The notes under the pieces are model-generated. The model did no database searches, was not told the origin of the DNA, and saw only the letters and a list, made by a program, of their open reading frames with translations. Shown here one piece after another: positions 48,301 to 63,267 of a DNA stretch of 64,000 nt; the first letter of the stretch is position 1, and each line of letters begins with the position of its first letter. Both the position numbers and the translations under genes were made by a program. Origin of the DNA: Daphnia carinata (lineage: Eukaryota); contig NC_081332.1 of NCBI RefSeq assembly GCF_022539665.2, positions 6,138,001 through 6,202,000 of the forward strand, in the 5' to 3' direction.

Positions 48301-51300
48301 ACTGGCCGGTGATAACGTCGTTGTTAAGACTGCGCCGGTCGTGTTTGACGTTGTGCTCGATTTGTTGTTATTATTGCCACTAGTTAGACGATGTTGAACT
48401 TTGCTTATTCCACTACTCGTTAAGGCCACCGATACTTCAGTTCCCCAGCCACTGCAAATTAAATTAACACTTAATTAAAAATGGCCATAAACAGTCACTT
48501 TCAGCATTACAATAGCCTTTAATTCAATTGATTATGCAAAACCCATTAAGAAATAATACGATTTAAATTTTAAAAAAATACCAGGCAGGAAGGACTCTAA
48601 CAACCGTATCTGCTGTGATGGATGAAGACATGCTCGTCCTGGAATTCTGTTCCGTCTGTTCGCCGGTAGAGCCGACAGATTCTATCGGCGTTCCTTTACT
48701 TTGATGCGATTTGAACATGAGCTGGATCCATTGGCTCCATGCATTGTCGAACACGTCATCGGACGTGCACGGACAAACATGATGGATGGCCATGTCCAGC
48801 AGTTCTTTGACAGCCTCCAAAGATGGGCAATAGTAAAACATCATGGCGCGTGCCCAATCACAAACACCTCACCAATAATAGAAGAAGACTCATAGCACAC
48901 AAAACTGATGTGATGATAAATCGACTGCTAACTGCTATTTACTCTTGAACTAGAAATAATGGAAGACGACGGGAACCCTCAACGCACACGGCAGCGTCCT
49001 TCAATGAATGAGCTCTGAGTATGTACATATCTCCAGATGGTGAAGGAGGAAACAAAAACAAACGAAAGAAAAAAAAAGTGAGCAACAAAAAAGAAGGGAC
49101 TGAGAAGGACGTACTGCGACGTCGTAGACAGCTGCGTCGAATCATAAACGAGGTTCGAATGACGTCAGCGCTACGAGCAGCTCTTGCAATCGATCGGATA
49201 CTCAACCTTGTTACTTGTCGTTGCTTCCTCCATATCGCCCTATTTATCCGCATCCTCTTTCAACAACATCCGCAGCATCCGATGAAACTGACGAATCAAA
49301 AACAAGGTCTTTTTTTTTTGTTTCTTTTCTTTTTTTTTTTACAAAGGAGTATCTCTTTTGCGCAGTTGTAGAACCACTAGCCATAGTGGCTATCTGTGCG
49401 GGTCCTTCGCATCCAAACGCATCGATCCTATTCCACTGCAGTCAGCTGTGAAAGTAGTCGTGTCAGCCAAGATGTCTGGCTTTTGCAGCACTTGGGAGAA
49501 GGAAAAAAGGAAATACTTTTATAATTTTCTTCATCTCAATGATTAGAAAATCTTAACGTTTTAATGCCATCGTCTTCTTCTTACTTTTGCTATAGCGCAG
49601 ATGATATGCGTGAATGCATTCAACAAGAAAGGCTTTCTACTCTCTTTTGTTACGTGTAGCCTAATGCAGTTCAAGAAACCAATAAAAGCATGGCCTTTCT
49701 CCGAGCTTATTCTATCTGCCGTATCGTTGATTGGCACTATCTCGGAGAAAAACGGCTTTATGTTATTCTGGAACGCAAACGATATCACTGTGAATTATGG
49801 ATCAATGAAAAATACGATTGGTTATTTCTAATTTAATTAGATTTTTTAAAAAATTAAATCATCTACTCGCTCAGATCTTACTTGCATCAATACTCGCTAG
49901 ATGGCACAATTGTAGCCCGCGTTTTTTAAACTGCTGGAGAAATAAAAAAAAAAGGAAAACTTCTGGCTAGAAAATCGATGAGAATACCCCGAACGAACGG
50001 CTATGGTGCCATCTAAGAAAATAAAGAATGAACACAGGCACCTAATTAAGCGGAACGCACGTTTCGCCATCCCGTTTTATTGCTGTAACGCGTGTTGTAC
50101 ACGCAGCCTACTTGTAGGTCAATAGGTTCGATCAAGAACTTATCAACAACAAGCCCTACTTTTTAACCACGTCATTTATTTTTTTCTGGAACACTCGTGT
50201 GACACTTGGTCACCGCCTAATCCGAGACTGTCTAGCCATCTAACTGTTGGTCGTTAACAGCTTGGAAAGACAATGGACGAAGAGTTATCCGTTCCGATTG
50301 ACTCCATGCCTTTCAACGAACAAGAGTGTTTCCTTTTTATCCTTTTGTCTGATGCATAGAAGCAAATGTCTGATGAAACTCGGTAGAAGATAACCATCAA
50401 ACTTGCTATTCAACAAGACCCTTGCGAACTATTCCCGACTGTCTGCACTCATCATCCCGGGCGATTGATTTAAGAATTTTTTAAAACGCTTCGTATCCGC
50501 ACGTCATCGCACCCTGAAGCCTTTTTAAGAGGGTAGTCAAACTCAAAACTGTCGCGCTCTTATCTCTTCTTAAATATTCGATTAAAAGTGGCTCATTACG
50601 GAGAGCCACGATAAAACATATTTTATAGAAGGCGTGATGTCGATGCCTCAATTAACGAACGCGTTCTATTGTTGACTCGACGCTCTCTCTTCATCGCTGG
50701 TACCATTTACGACGTTAATATGTTTCCCTTTTCATTTTATCAACAGAAAGAAGAAACAAATGTGAATACATAACGCGCAAAAGGCCAACCCAACTATCGA
50801 GTACGACGTGTACTTTAATACATTGCCGGTGCATTTCCCAAAGTGTGCAACTTGTGGGCGAAAAAAAAGAAGAGAAAGATGCAGGAACGCGAAGTGCGGA
50901 CGGAACTTTGTTCCGAGGGATTTCGGTCTTCCACTCTCGCGGGAGAAAGTTAGCGCTTACATACGCCAATGTACTATAGAAAAAACGGGAGTCGTATACC
51001 CCACACACGCCATATTTCCTTTTTGGAGGGGCGGGTAGGGTAATCATAGTTTCCCCCACCAGCAACGCAAAACAAACATAAAAAAATTTGTCGAGTACAT
51101 GCAACAGTAAAAAAAAAATAAAAAGCTTACCTCACAACAGGATTTGACGTGTTTCCTCCGCTATTGGTCCGTGACCGCAAACGAGAACAATATTTGCACA
51201 GGAGCAAAATGGCGAGGATAAGAAGCAGCCCACCTGCTATGCCCGCCACTAGAACGTAGATGGTAATGTTTCTCTGTAACGTCGTTCCCGTCGTCCCTAC

Positions 51301-53437
51301 CACCTATTTAAAAAAAAAAAACAATATTTAAAATAAATTAACCAAAATGATACCTTTCACGAAATTGTGGAAATAGATATGGTTCAATATTTGATTAACA
51401 ACAAGAGAGACGTGTAGAATTATAGCTTTTTTTTTGTCGGTTTTTCACGGCATTGGCGTTTAAAATTTAAAGGGCATCATCGTATAAATGAAATATACCA
51501 CTATACCGAATCATCTGAATAATGAGGTACGCATCAGACATGTCTGTCATGAACAGCTGCGCTAGGTATTGTGCAGCCTCGTAGGTAGTGTAGTCTATAA
51601 TAGCGCAGGTATAGTACACGCACGATCGTGCGATCCAATTACGACCCCACTTTCCATTTATTTTGGCTCGTTCCAGGAATTCGTTTGTTCTTTTTTTTCC
51701 CGATCTTTTTAGAAAAACACATCTTCGAAGCGAATAGATGCTCTCCTACCCAGTTTTGTTAGGAAAACGAGACATAAAAGTATAGATAATTCAATTCCTT
51801 TAAAAAAACAAAAAATTCCTTCAATAAAGATAAAAATCCAAAGTGCACTATATGAGATCAGAAAACAAGGAATAGGATTGCCCACTAGAATATCAAATAA
51901 ATCTGATATCCACGCGGGATTTAAATCGGATGAAGAACGTCGTGAACCTATTTTTGCAATTTCATTTTTTTTTTTTTTGCATGAGGAACAATGTTAAATC
52001 CTTTTCCAGTGGTTTTGCGAATCTGTATTTTTTTAAACGAAATCTTTCACCCGTAACCCAAAATCAAGGTGGCGAGTTTACCGGGTTCATTTTGAAGCCG
52101 AAATAAATCTCGGATCAAATGAGACAGCTGTTCTTTTACTTTTCTTGTGCACACCACACAATGTACAGCTATTGTTCCCGAAGGATCAAACGTTCTTGCA
52201 AAGCGTGCCCAAAAGCCATTATTCTGACCGGCAGGGGCCTCCCCACCAAAATAACGACCGACTATACAAAAGGATATAAAAATCAGTCATCGCCAAAAAA
52301 AAAAAAAAAAGAAAAGAAAACGTGCCATGTATAGAAATAAAGAAAGAAAAAACTTAAATATAGAACAGTGTCGATGGTGGACACGCACAATCCAGCTAAT
52401 TCACGTTTTGACATTATCAGCACGTTTTATTATTATTTTTTTTTAAGTTTTTCTAGAGACAAGAAACTACATAGCGCGTGGAAGATATCGAGTTTAGAAA
52501 TATACGCCTCGCAGATTCGACGTCATCGACGTACCACGCACACAGTCGGCAAATGATACATGCGATATCATTATCTCTTTTACGAAATGATGGAACAACA
52601 TGTCTTATTCATCTCTTGTACGTCTTACGAGGGGATACTCGACATAAAAAGAGAAAATTGGATAACTTATTTTAAGATTCGTTAGCTTCCCTATTTTTTT
52701 TTCTTTTGGTGGGGCGGGGGTTCTTTATTTGACATTTGCTTGCCCTTTCTCGTGTTTCTAGCTGATGATAGCTGGTCATTCTATACCTTCGGATGCCTAC
52801 CACGTCATACCAACGAGACGAAATGTGGGCCACTAGATCTACTCGTTGCCGGGCAAAAACAAAAGCTTGTTACGTCTGTCACCGTATTTCATCACAAGAG
52901 ACAATGTTATAATGGCCTAATGAGGGGCGCCTCATAGTTTTACGCAACTCAATAAGAAGCCATTGAGAAGTTGTACGCTTTCAAGTGAATCAACTAGTTC
53001 TAGAAAACATTTCTGGTTCAATACTCGCCATTTTGCCGCTAACACAACACACAGACGTAACTGAGGGAATATCAAACACTTGGCCTAACAAGAAATCAAT
53101 ATAGAACCTGTATCTTCTATAGAATACTTTAAAAAAAAACCACTCTCCGAAGAGAAATGTTGAAATTCATGTTAGATCTGTTTATACATTTGATCTGAAT
53201 TGGGATCAAGCCTTAGATCCGCGTTTCACTCTCTCCGCTACTACACTTTGGCGGAACTTTGCAAGATTAAACTATTCATGTATAACATAGCGTTACCCAT
53301 AGCAATTGCATAAAACAAATAAAGGGTTAACTCACCGGCAGTCTGGTGGTGAAAGCTCGGACCATTTCCATTTCGGGTAGACGAACAATGCGAGAATAAA
53401 CTTCATCACGCGATCTTGGCGGCGCCACTCTACACAT
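45318..53437 (-). CDS. CBARP/BARP-like single-pass membrane protein (Ca-channel beta-subunit regulator family)
   Basis: TM exon at ~51130-51303 (NITIYVLVAGIAGGLLLILAILLLCKYC) splices in phase to 48452. Motifs YRQVWELRANLE, LRNDSGYRSLE and RDYSIDERTDALFREFSRCDP resemble vertebrate CBARP as I remember it. The first exon (53335-53437) is uncertain. Confidence 0.72.
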
Positions 53438-55949
53438 CGATCAAAAACGAGCCATTAATTTTAATTTTTTTTTGTTCCATGTTTCACTAGACACACAAAT
53501 TTTCGGCTTAAATAATAAAAAAAAAAAAACACACCCCGTCAGGAAGCGTTTATGTTCAATAGTGATACCGTGCTAATGCTAATGACTTCGCTATAGAGTG
53601 GGTCTAAGATAAACTTAACAAGATATAAAATTAAGCAGTTTTTCGGCGAACTCTTTTGCGCTCATCATAAGCAAAAGAAAGCTGGAAAAAAATGAGATTC
53701 CACACTTGGTTCAATCAGCGACATTAGCATTTACGAACGCCTCCATTAAGGATATTTTATGCGGTAATGATTTATTTAAAAGCGTTACAGTTACGCTTTC
53801 ACCTACGGACTCTTACATAAGCCGAAACGCTGAGCCAACATCGCGACCTTTAATACATAACAAAATGTCAGCGCATTTCAATTACGTTCATCAGAAGGGG
53901 GAGCATAATACGATAGTCTAGCTTCTATTATGCATCAAAGGTCTACATGAAAACGTACATTTTGTGCAAGGTAACGCAGAAGGCATTAACGAGCTGGAGT
54001 TTGCGATTTGTCTTTTGCCGCAAAAGACGAGGACTACCCGTTTTTCTAAGCGAAGCGAAGAGAGATGGATCAATTACGCAAACGGATGGTATACCTCGCT
54101 CAGTGTGTATTTCTGTGTAATCCCCTTTTTCTTCCCGTGTATATACGTAAAGAATATCATAAAGGAAAAACAATTTTTCTTTGGCTTTTATCAGCGGACA
54201 ACGACAGGCAATTATTGGCTTTGTGTAGGGTTTACAAGATCTTGATGAAAAACGGCGAAGCGAATAAAACAAGCGAATAGACTGTGGCTGAGTAGGTTAG
54301 AGGTCTTTTACTTCCTTCAGAAGTTTGTCTTATTTAAATTCAAAAAGTATCACGTGAAGGCGATATTTGAAATACAAGCCGTAAGCTACAAATGGAGTAG
54401 CAACCCAAGAGTTGGCAAAAAGTATTAGCATATCTAGTGTCATAGCGCATTATCCCGCGGGACCGACATCCCCCCCCCCATTGTTCCTTCAGGAAACCCA
54501 ATGCATTATTCCCCCCCCCCCCAATCCTTACTTGTTCTTCTTATCGTATATTCATTCGCCAGCAGTTTTAATCCGCTTCTTTAGGTTCCTATTCCCCATC
54601 TTTTTCTAAGACTCGCTTCTGTACCTCACACTACCATAAATGCACACAAAATTACTTGCGCGCATAGCTAAATAACTCGACGAATTTAAAAAAGAAAATT
54701 GCGGATATTCTAGATAACACCCACCCCCACCCCGCTCTCAATTAAATAAACAGGAAATAGAAACTTACCATCAGGAAAAGGAAGCAAAAGAGTCTTCTGA
54801 CGATGAAGTTATGGATTACGTTGCGCAGGGAGACACTGATGTAAAAGAACCGTCGGCGGAGTAATCTCTTCTTTAACTGGCTGCTGTTGCATCCGTCGCA
54901 CGATCAAGACTCGGCACCTCTTGGCAGGTCTCGTGTGTAGTCCACGACCGTGCGTACAAGACACCTGTAGTCTCCGAGAGCTGGAACATGGACGAAACGA
55001 CAAGTTTTGCGCGTGCAACGCAAGCGCGCAGACTCAACAATGCCGCTCTATCGACGTCTTTTATTTTGTGTTTTAACAAGAAAAGGGATGTACCAAAGTA
55101 GAGAAAGGATTTTGCACTCGATATTGACCTCTTCCCTAAAAACAAATTTAAAAAAAATATATAGTTACATTGAATTCAAGGGCCGTTAGACAAGCGAGTT
55201 GACATTTAAATTTTCTGAATTTAAATACCGTTGTCACTTGCAGCGTTTCGCACGTACATGTTGGATAAAAAGACCAGTGGGCGAATTATGGCATCATTAA
55301 AATACCAGGAAAACATTCATAGCTCACTGGACTGCCAGATGGCCTTGTTTCTTTTCATGTTTTCGCTTTTCTTTTCTCTCGGGTTGCTCAGACGCGAACT
55401 GTGGGACGAAAAGAAATTGATCAATAATCCGGCAACAGGCAAAACAAGGATGCGGAAGAAAAATATGATGAACTAGACCTGTGAGTGGGTCGGACAATCA
55501 GGACCGCGAAAGCAATCATCCAGGGTTTTATTGGTAACGTCCGTATGTTCCTCTCGTCATAACACGGCCGTGACGAGCGCGTGTTGTGAAGAACAGGAGG
55601 GAAACAACAATAGTAGCTCGAAACTATATTAAGGTATGCGTCGTTGTCATCGCAACCATGATGATGATGTCCGAACGTGGCGACACGCAAACATCATTTC
55701 CTTGACAAAATGGTACATCATTCCAATAGAGGAACTTTGCCGACAGTTATTGATCATTCCACAGCCATTGTCGGATTGCATGAAATCTAATTGTTTTCTT
55801 ACCCGAACGCATAGAAATAACGAATTCGAAATTTTTTTTTTATTACTGTAAAAATCGATTAGTAAATTTCTGGGTTGACAGAGGACAAATAGAGTCCACG
55901 AGGTTGTTGATGATAGCCGCCGTACCTGTTGCAAACGGCTCTGGGGCGT

Positions 55950-58900
55950 TTACCGGAAGGATGCGTAATGATGAGAGACGGGACAGCCGACTAAAGGAGC
56001 CACTGTTGACATCCAGCGGATAAAATATCGCCTACGTCAACAGAAAGGGCAAAATTTACTCAACCAGCAAATAATGTTTTAAAAGACTACTAGGGCTGAT
56101 GATTTTTAATTGGGAAGAGACGTGAAATGCACGTGAGGGGGGAGGAGGGTTTCTATAATCAGAAACTGCTTCTCAGCCAACTTTGCCATCACCGGAGCAA
56201 CCAGCAGGTAGGAAGACATCCTCCTCCATAAAGGAAATCAGATGTAATACGTAAACGATATAACTCACTTTGCGTCAATTCGGTCGACGTCGTTGCCCGC
56301 GATCTGATCCATCAGGTCGGCCGTCCGGCACGGATGCAGATGGTACCACGGCTCCCCGAGGAAAGGGTGCTCCTAAGCATATAACATCACATTAAAATGC
56401 TTTTGAGCGTGGCTCTATTTTAATTGCTATCGTACTGTTGCACAACACGGCAACTGCTTGACAACACCAAACGCGTGGAAAATGAACATTTTTAGAAACT
56501 CTTCTTTTTGACAATTACAGCCTGGCGTAGCAAACCAAGTGAAATATTGAACAAGATTTGACAATGTCTAGATTTGCAAAACTTGTTTGGATTCGACTTC
56601 TTTGTAATGGGGAAAGAAAAAACCTGTTGCGTCAACGAACGAAGTCGTTCGGATTCGTCAGATGAAGGACGTCGTTCGGCAGCAGTTAAATCCCTCCATA
56701 ATTCTTCAACTTCAAGGCAGCTTCCATCTAAAAAATGAAAACGCAAATATGAAGCGTGAAATAGAAAAATGTGCCACTCTAAATAGAAACTGCATTCGCG
56801 GATAAAGTGGATATTACACGGTACTAAATCAATTAAAATAAACCTCGTCTCCAGGCTCTCAAATAGAGTGTAGGCACGGCGTGTGCTAGACTGTACAGCA
56901 CGTGAAATTCGCCATAGACTTGACGGAAAGAAGAATCGGCATCAATGCTGCATGGATCCTACGTACACCGATAGTGACAATGTAAATATGCAAATTAACC
57001 ATTTTTCTCATCTAACAAATAGCGATTGCGAATTACATTTTCATAAAGTTCCGTCATCGAATCGTGATCGACCGTCGCATCTTCCATCCGTGCGGATACA
57101 GTTCTCTCCGGCGTCTCTCCAATGGCTACAGGGTAGTCCATCCTTTTGACCAGATAACCACCTCCGTGCTCCTCCTTGAAACAAAAAAAAATGGGATAAT
57201 ATTTAAAAAAAAAATAACAAGAAAAACCGATTAGATGATGTGAAGGAGCCACAAGCAATGCTACTAAACTTTGTGTACAAAGGGCCCTCGAGCACCGAGG
57301 GCACTTTACAGCGTAATTCTCATTTCTAATGCAGTTGTTTCACCAGTTGGTTAACCAGCTTGGCCCAAAAGACAAAGGCTTCGTGATTTATTACGTTCCC
57401 TAAACTTGGACTAACTAGACTAATTGTGGGATTTGGTTCCATTCTAATTTGATTCGATCGATTTTTCTACTGAACTGGGGCTTTGCTATGCAATACATCA
57501 AGATTAACAATAGCAACTGAATGGCTTGCTCACTCAAAATAAAAAATGTAAATAAGAACTTAATAAAAATTTATGTGCGGAAGACTTTCATTGAATTTTT
57601 GATGTAGTTTTTTGTTTAATGTAGGACAACTTTAAAAAGGTTTTTGGGCGTTGGTTCGGTTACGCTAGTTATGCAGATTATTGACAATAACGTCTAAAGG
57701 TTTTAACGATACAAAAAAAAAGAACTTTCCCAACACTTTGTTCTTTAGCTTGTCACTCAATTTCTAAAGTTTAGTCTATAAAAAGGATCATGCAACCGTA
57801 CTTTGTCTTCACTCTGGCGCTGGAGAACTATGTCAATCAGTTTAGTTTGAATTTGCATCCATCACCCAAGATCTAGACGGCTCATTATTTGTTAGTCTAG
57901 CCAAGTTAGTCGCAAAATTGAAACTATAGATTGACTATAACGATGACGCAGGGAAATCCTGCCTAACCCATTCTTATCTTACTTCGATGTTGGAAGCGTG
58001 ACATTACAATAGAGAAACTCTCAGCTCGGCCTGCGTCTCCAATCTTGCATCCGCCTTTTCAATCTACTGCAAAGGCGTATGCATTCTCGGCGTCTTTAGA
58101 ATTGAAACAGTAGTTTGGCGTCACAGGTCTGATGGCTAATTAGTCGAGATGAAAGACAGCGGAATGGCAAAAGACGGACATGAGGTGCGGGGGATAATAG
58201 TGCAAGTCATGTTCAGATCCAAGGCAACAAACGGAAAAAAAAAGTAAATTACTTATGGTGTGGTCGAATGTGTGGACTAAAATAGACATTGCAATTCACT
58301 TTGCTAGTCGCCTTGTGCGTCATGGAGTCCGATGTCACTGGATACGTTTGATTTAGATACAAACCACGTTTTGTTTTTTCCTTCAACGAATACGTTTCAA
58401 CGATAATCGAATTAGACCCAAGGGCGCAGTGTTCTCTCTAATCAGTGCCACATTAACGAACAGAATTTAGCGTAATTACGTTACGATTGAACAACTCTAA
58501 CGGCTATGCGCTCGCTTCTATTCAGTGTAAACCAGTGATCTCAGTTAAGTTAGACATAATTACAATTTTACTTGCACATCTAATCCTACATTTGTTACAG
58601 ATTCTGGTACGATCTTTGCAGAAGTTGTAGAAAGTTTTCTATTTCAAGCTAATGTTAGCATGACATTCGTATTGATTGCCATGGTGTTACATTGTAACAG
58701 ATGGTCGAAGTTCTCTCATCCGCTCTCCCGTAAACAACGGTACGTATATCCAAAATAGAATAGTTTCAAAAATGCAAAGCCTGAATTTTCAATACCTGTT
58801 CAAAATAGTGTGACAAATGCTATTCTTTATTTAACACTAGATACTATGCAATAGGGAAAAAAAATTTAAACGTGAATATTTGATGCCATCTATCGCCAAA

Positions 58901-60027
58901 CGATTAAATCTTCAGGTCTTTGCAGGATCGGAACATGGTTATCGAAAGCTCCTCGTAGGAATAGCTCATTAATAAAAACACGCTTAGAGTGACGGGTGAG
59001 ATGTCCTGAATTTCATTTCGTTGTTGAACAGCACGTTCACACGACACTCATGTAGTACATTCACGGTCTGTGAATCGAGAGCAAAGGGACACGATACGAA
59101 TACAAAATTTTTCGTTCTCCCACGTTTCCGGCCGTTGTCATCAGCAGCGCCATGACTACCGCTGTGGCCTTTCCCCTTCACATTCACTCGCTATGGAACC
59201 GTCAATGAAGCATAAATAATTTACCCAAATAGTGAATTATCTCTTACGAAACCCACATCATGGCGCGAAACCATGTGAAACTGCTGTTTGAATTACATTC
59301 TTGATATTTACTAGCAAATTTGTTAAAATCAAGCATCATCGTAGACAATCCCTCAACATCTTCATACTAGGCTAACACGATTTTACCTTTCTGTCTTTTT
59401 TTGTTTGTTTCTAAAATTTTTATACTTGCTTTGCCCGGAGCTATGGCCAGTGAGCAGAGCAAAAAAAAAAAAGATCAGTGGAATAAAAAATCTGAAAAAC
59501 CTTGGCCGAATATACACAACGGAAATTCGAAGGTCATTTTACAAAAACAGACAGCATAAATTCACGTGATCGACTTAAATGGTAAAAGCATGAAGAAAGA
59601 CTAGTTTACAACGAAACGTTGCAGATGGCAAGTACTATTTGAAGAAACACGTGCACAAAGATGGAGACTTACCAGTGATCCACGAAAATGCCATCCATCA
59701 CCGATCGAGTCGGACACTGCCAACATGTGACGAACTCCAACCACGAACTCTTCCCATGTTATGGTACCCTTGTACAAATGATCAAATTGTTATTCTGCAC
59801 ATCGCTAAAAAGTTAAGATCACCATTAACCAACTGTGAAATATGGGATTCGAAATGTCTCTAGAAAACTAGTCTAACTACTTTTGACCGTAATCAGTTCC
59901 ATTATCTATAAATTTGTTACACATTGTCGTGTGTCAGCGCCGTGAAACTCGTTTCTCTGCTGCATTAGCTCGACGAGGTGTTTGAACCCTTGCTTGGACT
60001 AACTACGCCCATTTCACTTGGCTCCAT
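55950..60027 (-). CDS. ATG10: Autophagy E2-like conjugating enzyme ATG10; ~7 small exons
   Basis: Hand-spliced exons: GTITWEEF...SDSIGDGW (59673-59768), EEHGGGYLVKR (~57039-57176), EFHVLYSLAHAVPTLYLRAW, DGSCLEVEELW...LTQQ, EHPFLGEPWYHLHPCRTADLM (catalytic HPC) and YFIRWMSTVAPLVG..stop at 55950. The start exon near 60007-60027 is tentative. Confidence 0.9.
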
Positions 60028-61522
60028 TGCAAGTTTTCTCATTTCTTTCTTATTTCATTTTTACGTAGCACTTTTCTTTTTTGCCGCAACGTGGCAGCGC
60101 TGTGCAAGTGCATTTTTGGCCACCAGGTGGAAGGCCGACTGCCTGGCCTAGCGGGAACCGGCACGAGGTGGAAGGCATTGATTTTCCGATATTTCTCGCA
60201 GCAGTAAGCCAGCAACAAACACACGTACATACGTAGACATTTCGTTTGAGCAGAGATGCAGTGGCAATTGCATACAATCCAAACCTCCTTTGGCTTGACT
60301 ATCGCATGTATAATGGTAAACGGAAAACAACACAATGGCGATATTTTGGTTGAAAGTTAAATGACATGAAACACTCACCATCTAAATGATAGGATGAGAT
60401 GAGACAACGTTCTTTAAGTTTTATTTCGAGGAAAGCAGAAAACAGACAAAAAAATACTAATGGAACCGGCGAATGGCCAAATTGAAAGTGAACTGGATGA
60501 ATGGTGGTGGAATGAAGGAATGACAAGATGGGGAGAGAAGGGGAATAACAGGGGAAGGGGAAAAGCCGGTTGATTGGTCGGAGGATGGCAAAAGGAAAGG
60601 AAAAAGAGGGAGGATGTGCAACATCATATCCAGTTCTTTAAGACTTACTGGCTTAATGACATTCATTTCTGTTTAAAGTCTGATGAAGTTTTATTTTTAG
60701 TTTTTTTGAAAAGAGAAACTTCGATATTCCGTAAGCTTTTTATTCGAGGTTGACGCAAGCTGTCAAATCAATATGGCCAAGGCCGGTCAATCTCATTCTC
60801 CTGTTGTCTTAAACATAATAATTCCAAGCTTAACGTTCTTAATTTGTGAGTTTTTAAAAATTATTTTTAGTTACTTCGTTTACTAATTTCCTGAAAATAT
60901 GCAATCAGCAAATATTTCTATAAATACTCAAAATTAACAAATCACCGCTAGAGAGCGGTGAGCGCTGCAGAGCACGCTGTCGCTAGAGGCGCTGTCAGAT
61001 ACCCGGATTTCGATGAGAGCAAAGAAGGGAAGAAAGAAAAGCGCGCACATAGACATCACGTTGATGATACTCTGCGCCAAACGTACTATGTGCCAACAGC
61101 CGGCGCGCGTGCCTGCGGGTTCTCCTGTGCATCGCGCTTCAGTTTGTGCCCTTCGGGTAATATCTAAGAGGGCGCCATATGACAGCGAGGGCGAATGCAG
61201 CAGGCCCCAGTAACACGGCACTATCACTAGACTACCACACAGGCAGTATTGCGCCAGTCACCCAGTCAGCCTTGTGCGTCCTCTCGCTGATCCGACGCTG
61301 CTGTGTATCTGATTAGACATCCCGCCTCTTGAAACAGACAGACAAATTCCGAGGGTGTCATTCTCTCTTTCATTTGTCGTGCATGTGTCTTATGTGCCGG
61401 TTAGTCTACTGTAGAGTTGTGGGTGAAATTCGACAGCCAATGTGTGTACGCGTCGCGGCCATGAGTTAGAAAGTGTGTGGCGTCGCGCGTGACACTTCCC
61501 TCTCCCAAGCGAGACCTACCGA

Positions 61523-61576
61523 GTGTGTGTGTGTGTGTGTGTGTGAGTGAGTGTTAGTGTCTGTGTGTATGTGTGT
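61523..61576. repeat. (GT)n microsatellite region
   Basis: gtgtgtgtgtgtgtgtgtgtgt followed by imperfect GT repeats. Confidence 0.85.
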
Positions 61577-63225
61577 ATACCTTGAGTTTACGTACACATC
61601 AAAGAGAGAGAAAGAGAGGGATTTCTGTTTTATTTCTGTTTTGGGAAGTTAACATGCTTTCCCGACAGATTCAGTGCGCCTGACAAAAACAAGTAACGAG
61701 GAGAAACCTAAACATTATTTCGCGACGACTGTGATGTGCGTGAGCCAGTCTGGCCGGCCGTGCCCCCAAAGTAGCGAAAACGACGAAAATTGACAATATG
61801 TACGCGAAAGGCAAAGGGTCGACGGTACCCTCGGACGCCCAAGCTAGGGAGAAGTAAGTCTTTATTTATCTCCTTTATTTCGACGTGGTTATATGCCGCT
61901 GATATGTTTTCTTGTGGGGGGCCTATGTGTGTGTATGTGAATGTATGGTTAGTTGGAGGGAAGATCGGAAAAAAGGACTACGCGCCAAACGACAATAGCA
62001 GCAGCGTGTTTCAATTCCATCATGGGTTCTTGTTCTTTTTTCGAGTTATTTTTTACATAATGTTAGTGACGAACTTCGTTTTAAACAATTCCGAAATAGA
62101 TGCCAAGGCACATTTCCACATGGACTAATATTGTCCAGTATTCATGCTGTAGCGGCCTGGCGTTTGACTCGCTAGTTCCCTTGTGTACCAGTGTGTGTTA
62201 TAAAAAGCTGCCAAGATGGCTGCCGTGTGTGTTGTCCTAATAGTTCTTGCATGTCCCAAGCTTTTTTGGCAGAATGACAGGACTGCAGTACAGTTGGGGA
62301 AAATAAAGGAGACGAAAAATAAAAATAAAAAACATTCGACCGGTTCCACGCCCGCCATTTTAACACGTTTTTGTTGTTTTTGAATGATTTCTCTCTCTTA
62401 ACAGGTTAGCATTATATGTCTACGAGTACCTGCTGCATGTGGGAGCCCAGAAAGCCGCACAGACATTTCTATCCGAGGTAAAATATATTTTCTTTTTTGA
62501 AATTTCTAAAGAGTTGTTGTTCATTGGCAGACTGTTAAGTACACTTTTCAATGAGCGGCATCTCTTGCCAGCATTTGGAAGTGGTTGGAGATGTTGTCTT
62601 AAGGGCTGCTTTGTGAAACTGGATGGATGTTGACTGATAGATCGATACTTTTGTCCAACATCTATCTCAACGTCTTTTTTATTGTGTGACAACGTTTTCG
62701 ACGTTCAGTCAACATGTGAACCTACGTGTTAGCATTCTGCTTGACGTTCTGAAAACAATTAATTTTCAATCATCTTTAATTGGTCTATTTTTAATTTTAA
62801 GATTCGGTGGGAGAAAAACATCACCTTAGGAGAGCCACCCGGTTTCCTTCATTCGTGGTGGTGGTAAGTACAACATAAAAAGAAATTAACAATTATAATT
62901 AAATGCATTAATCTCTTCTTTTTCGATTTGGTAGTGTATTTTGGGATTTATATTGCGCGGCGCCGGAGCGTCGAGACACATGCGATCACTCCAGTGAAGC
63001 CAAAGCCTTTCATGACTATGTAAGAGGATCCTTCACATCTGCCAATAATTTTTTTTATGTCATTCATATTTTAATTTATCACACTCTAGTTAATTAATTG
63101 TCAAAATAGTTTGTTTATTAGTCGACCTTTAGTCCCTGATTGTCAGTCTCCTTTTAAGCTCTTTAATTTAATTAAAGTTTGTTTAACACAAGTGATTTAT
63201 TTTATTTTATTTTCTCGTTTTGTAG

Positions 63226-63267
63226 GGTTTCGTCAATTCCGGCTATGGCGTCAATGGCATCGCACAC
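63226..63267 (+). other. Candidate short exon of a plus-strand gene continuing beyond the window
   Basis: Long pyrimidine tract plus TGTAG acceptor, and a CAC|GTAAGT donor; 42 nt; product not identified. Confidence 0.4.

Noticed and set aside
48563..49546. Extra coding exons of the CBARP-like gene
   Set aside because: The TM exon already splices in phase to 48452, and most exon-like pieces here contain stops; an alternative first exon at ~48582-48844 cannot be excluded
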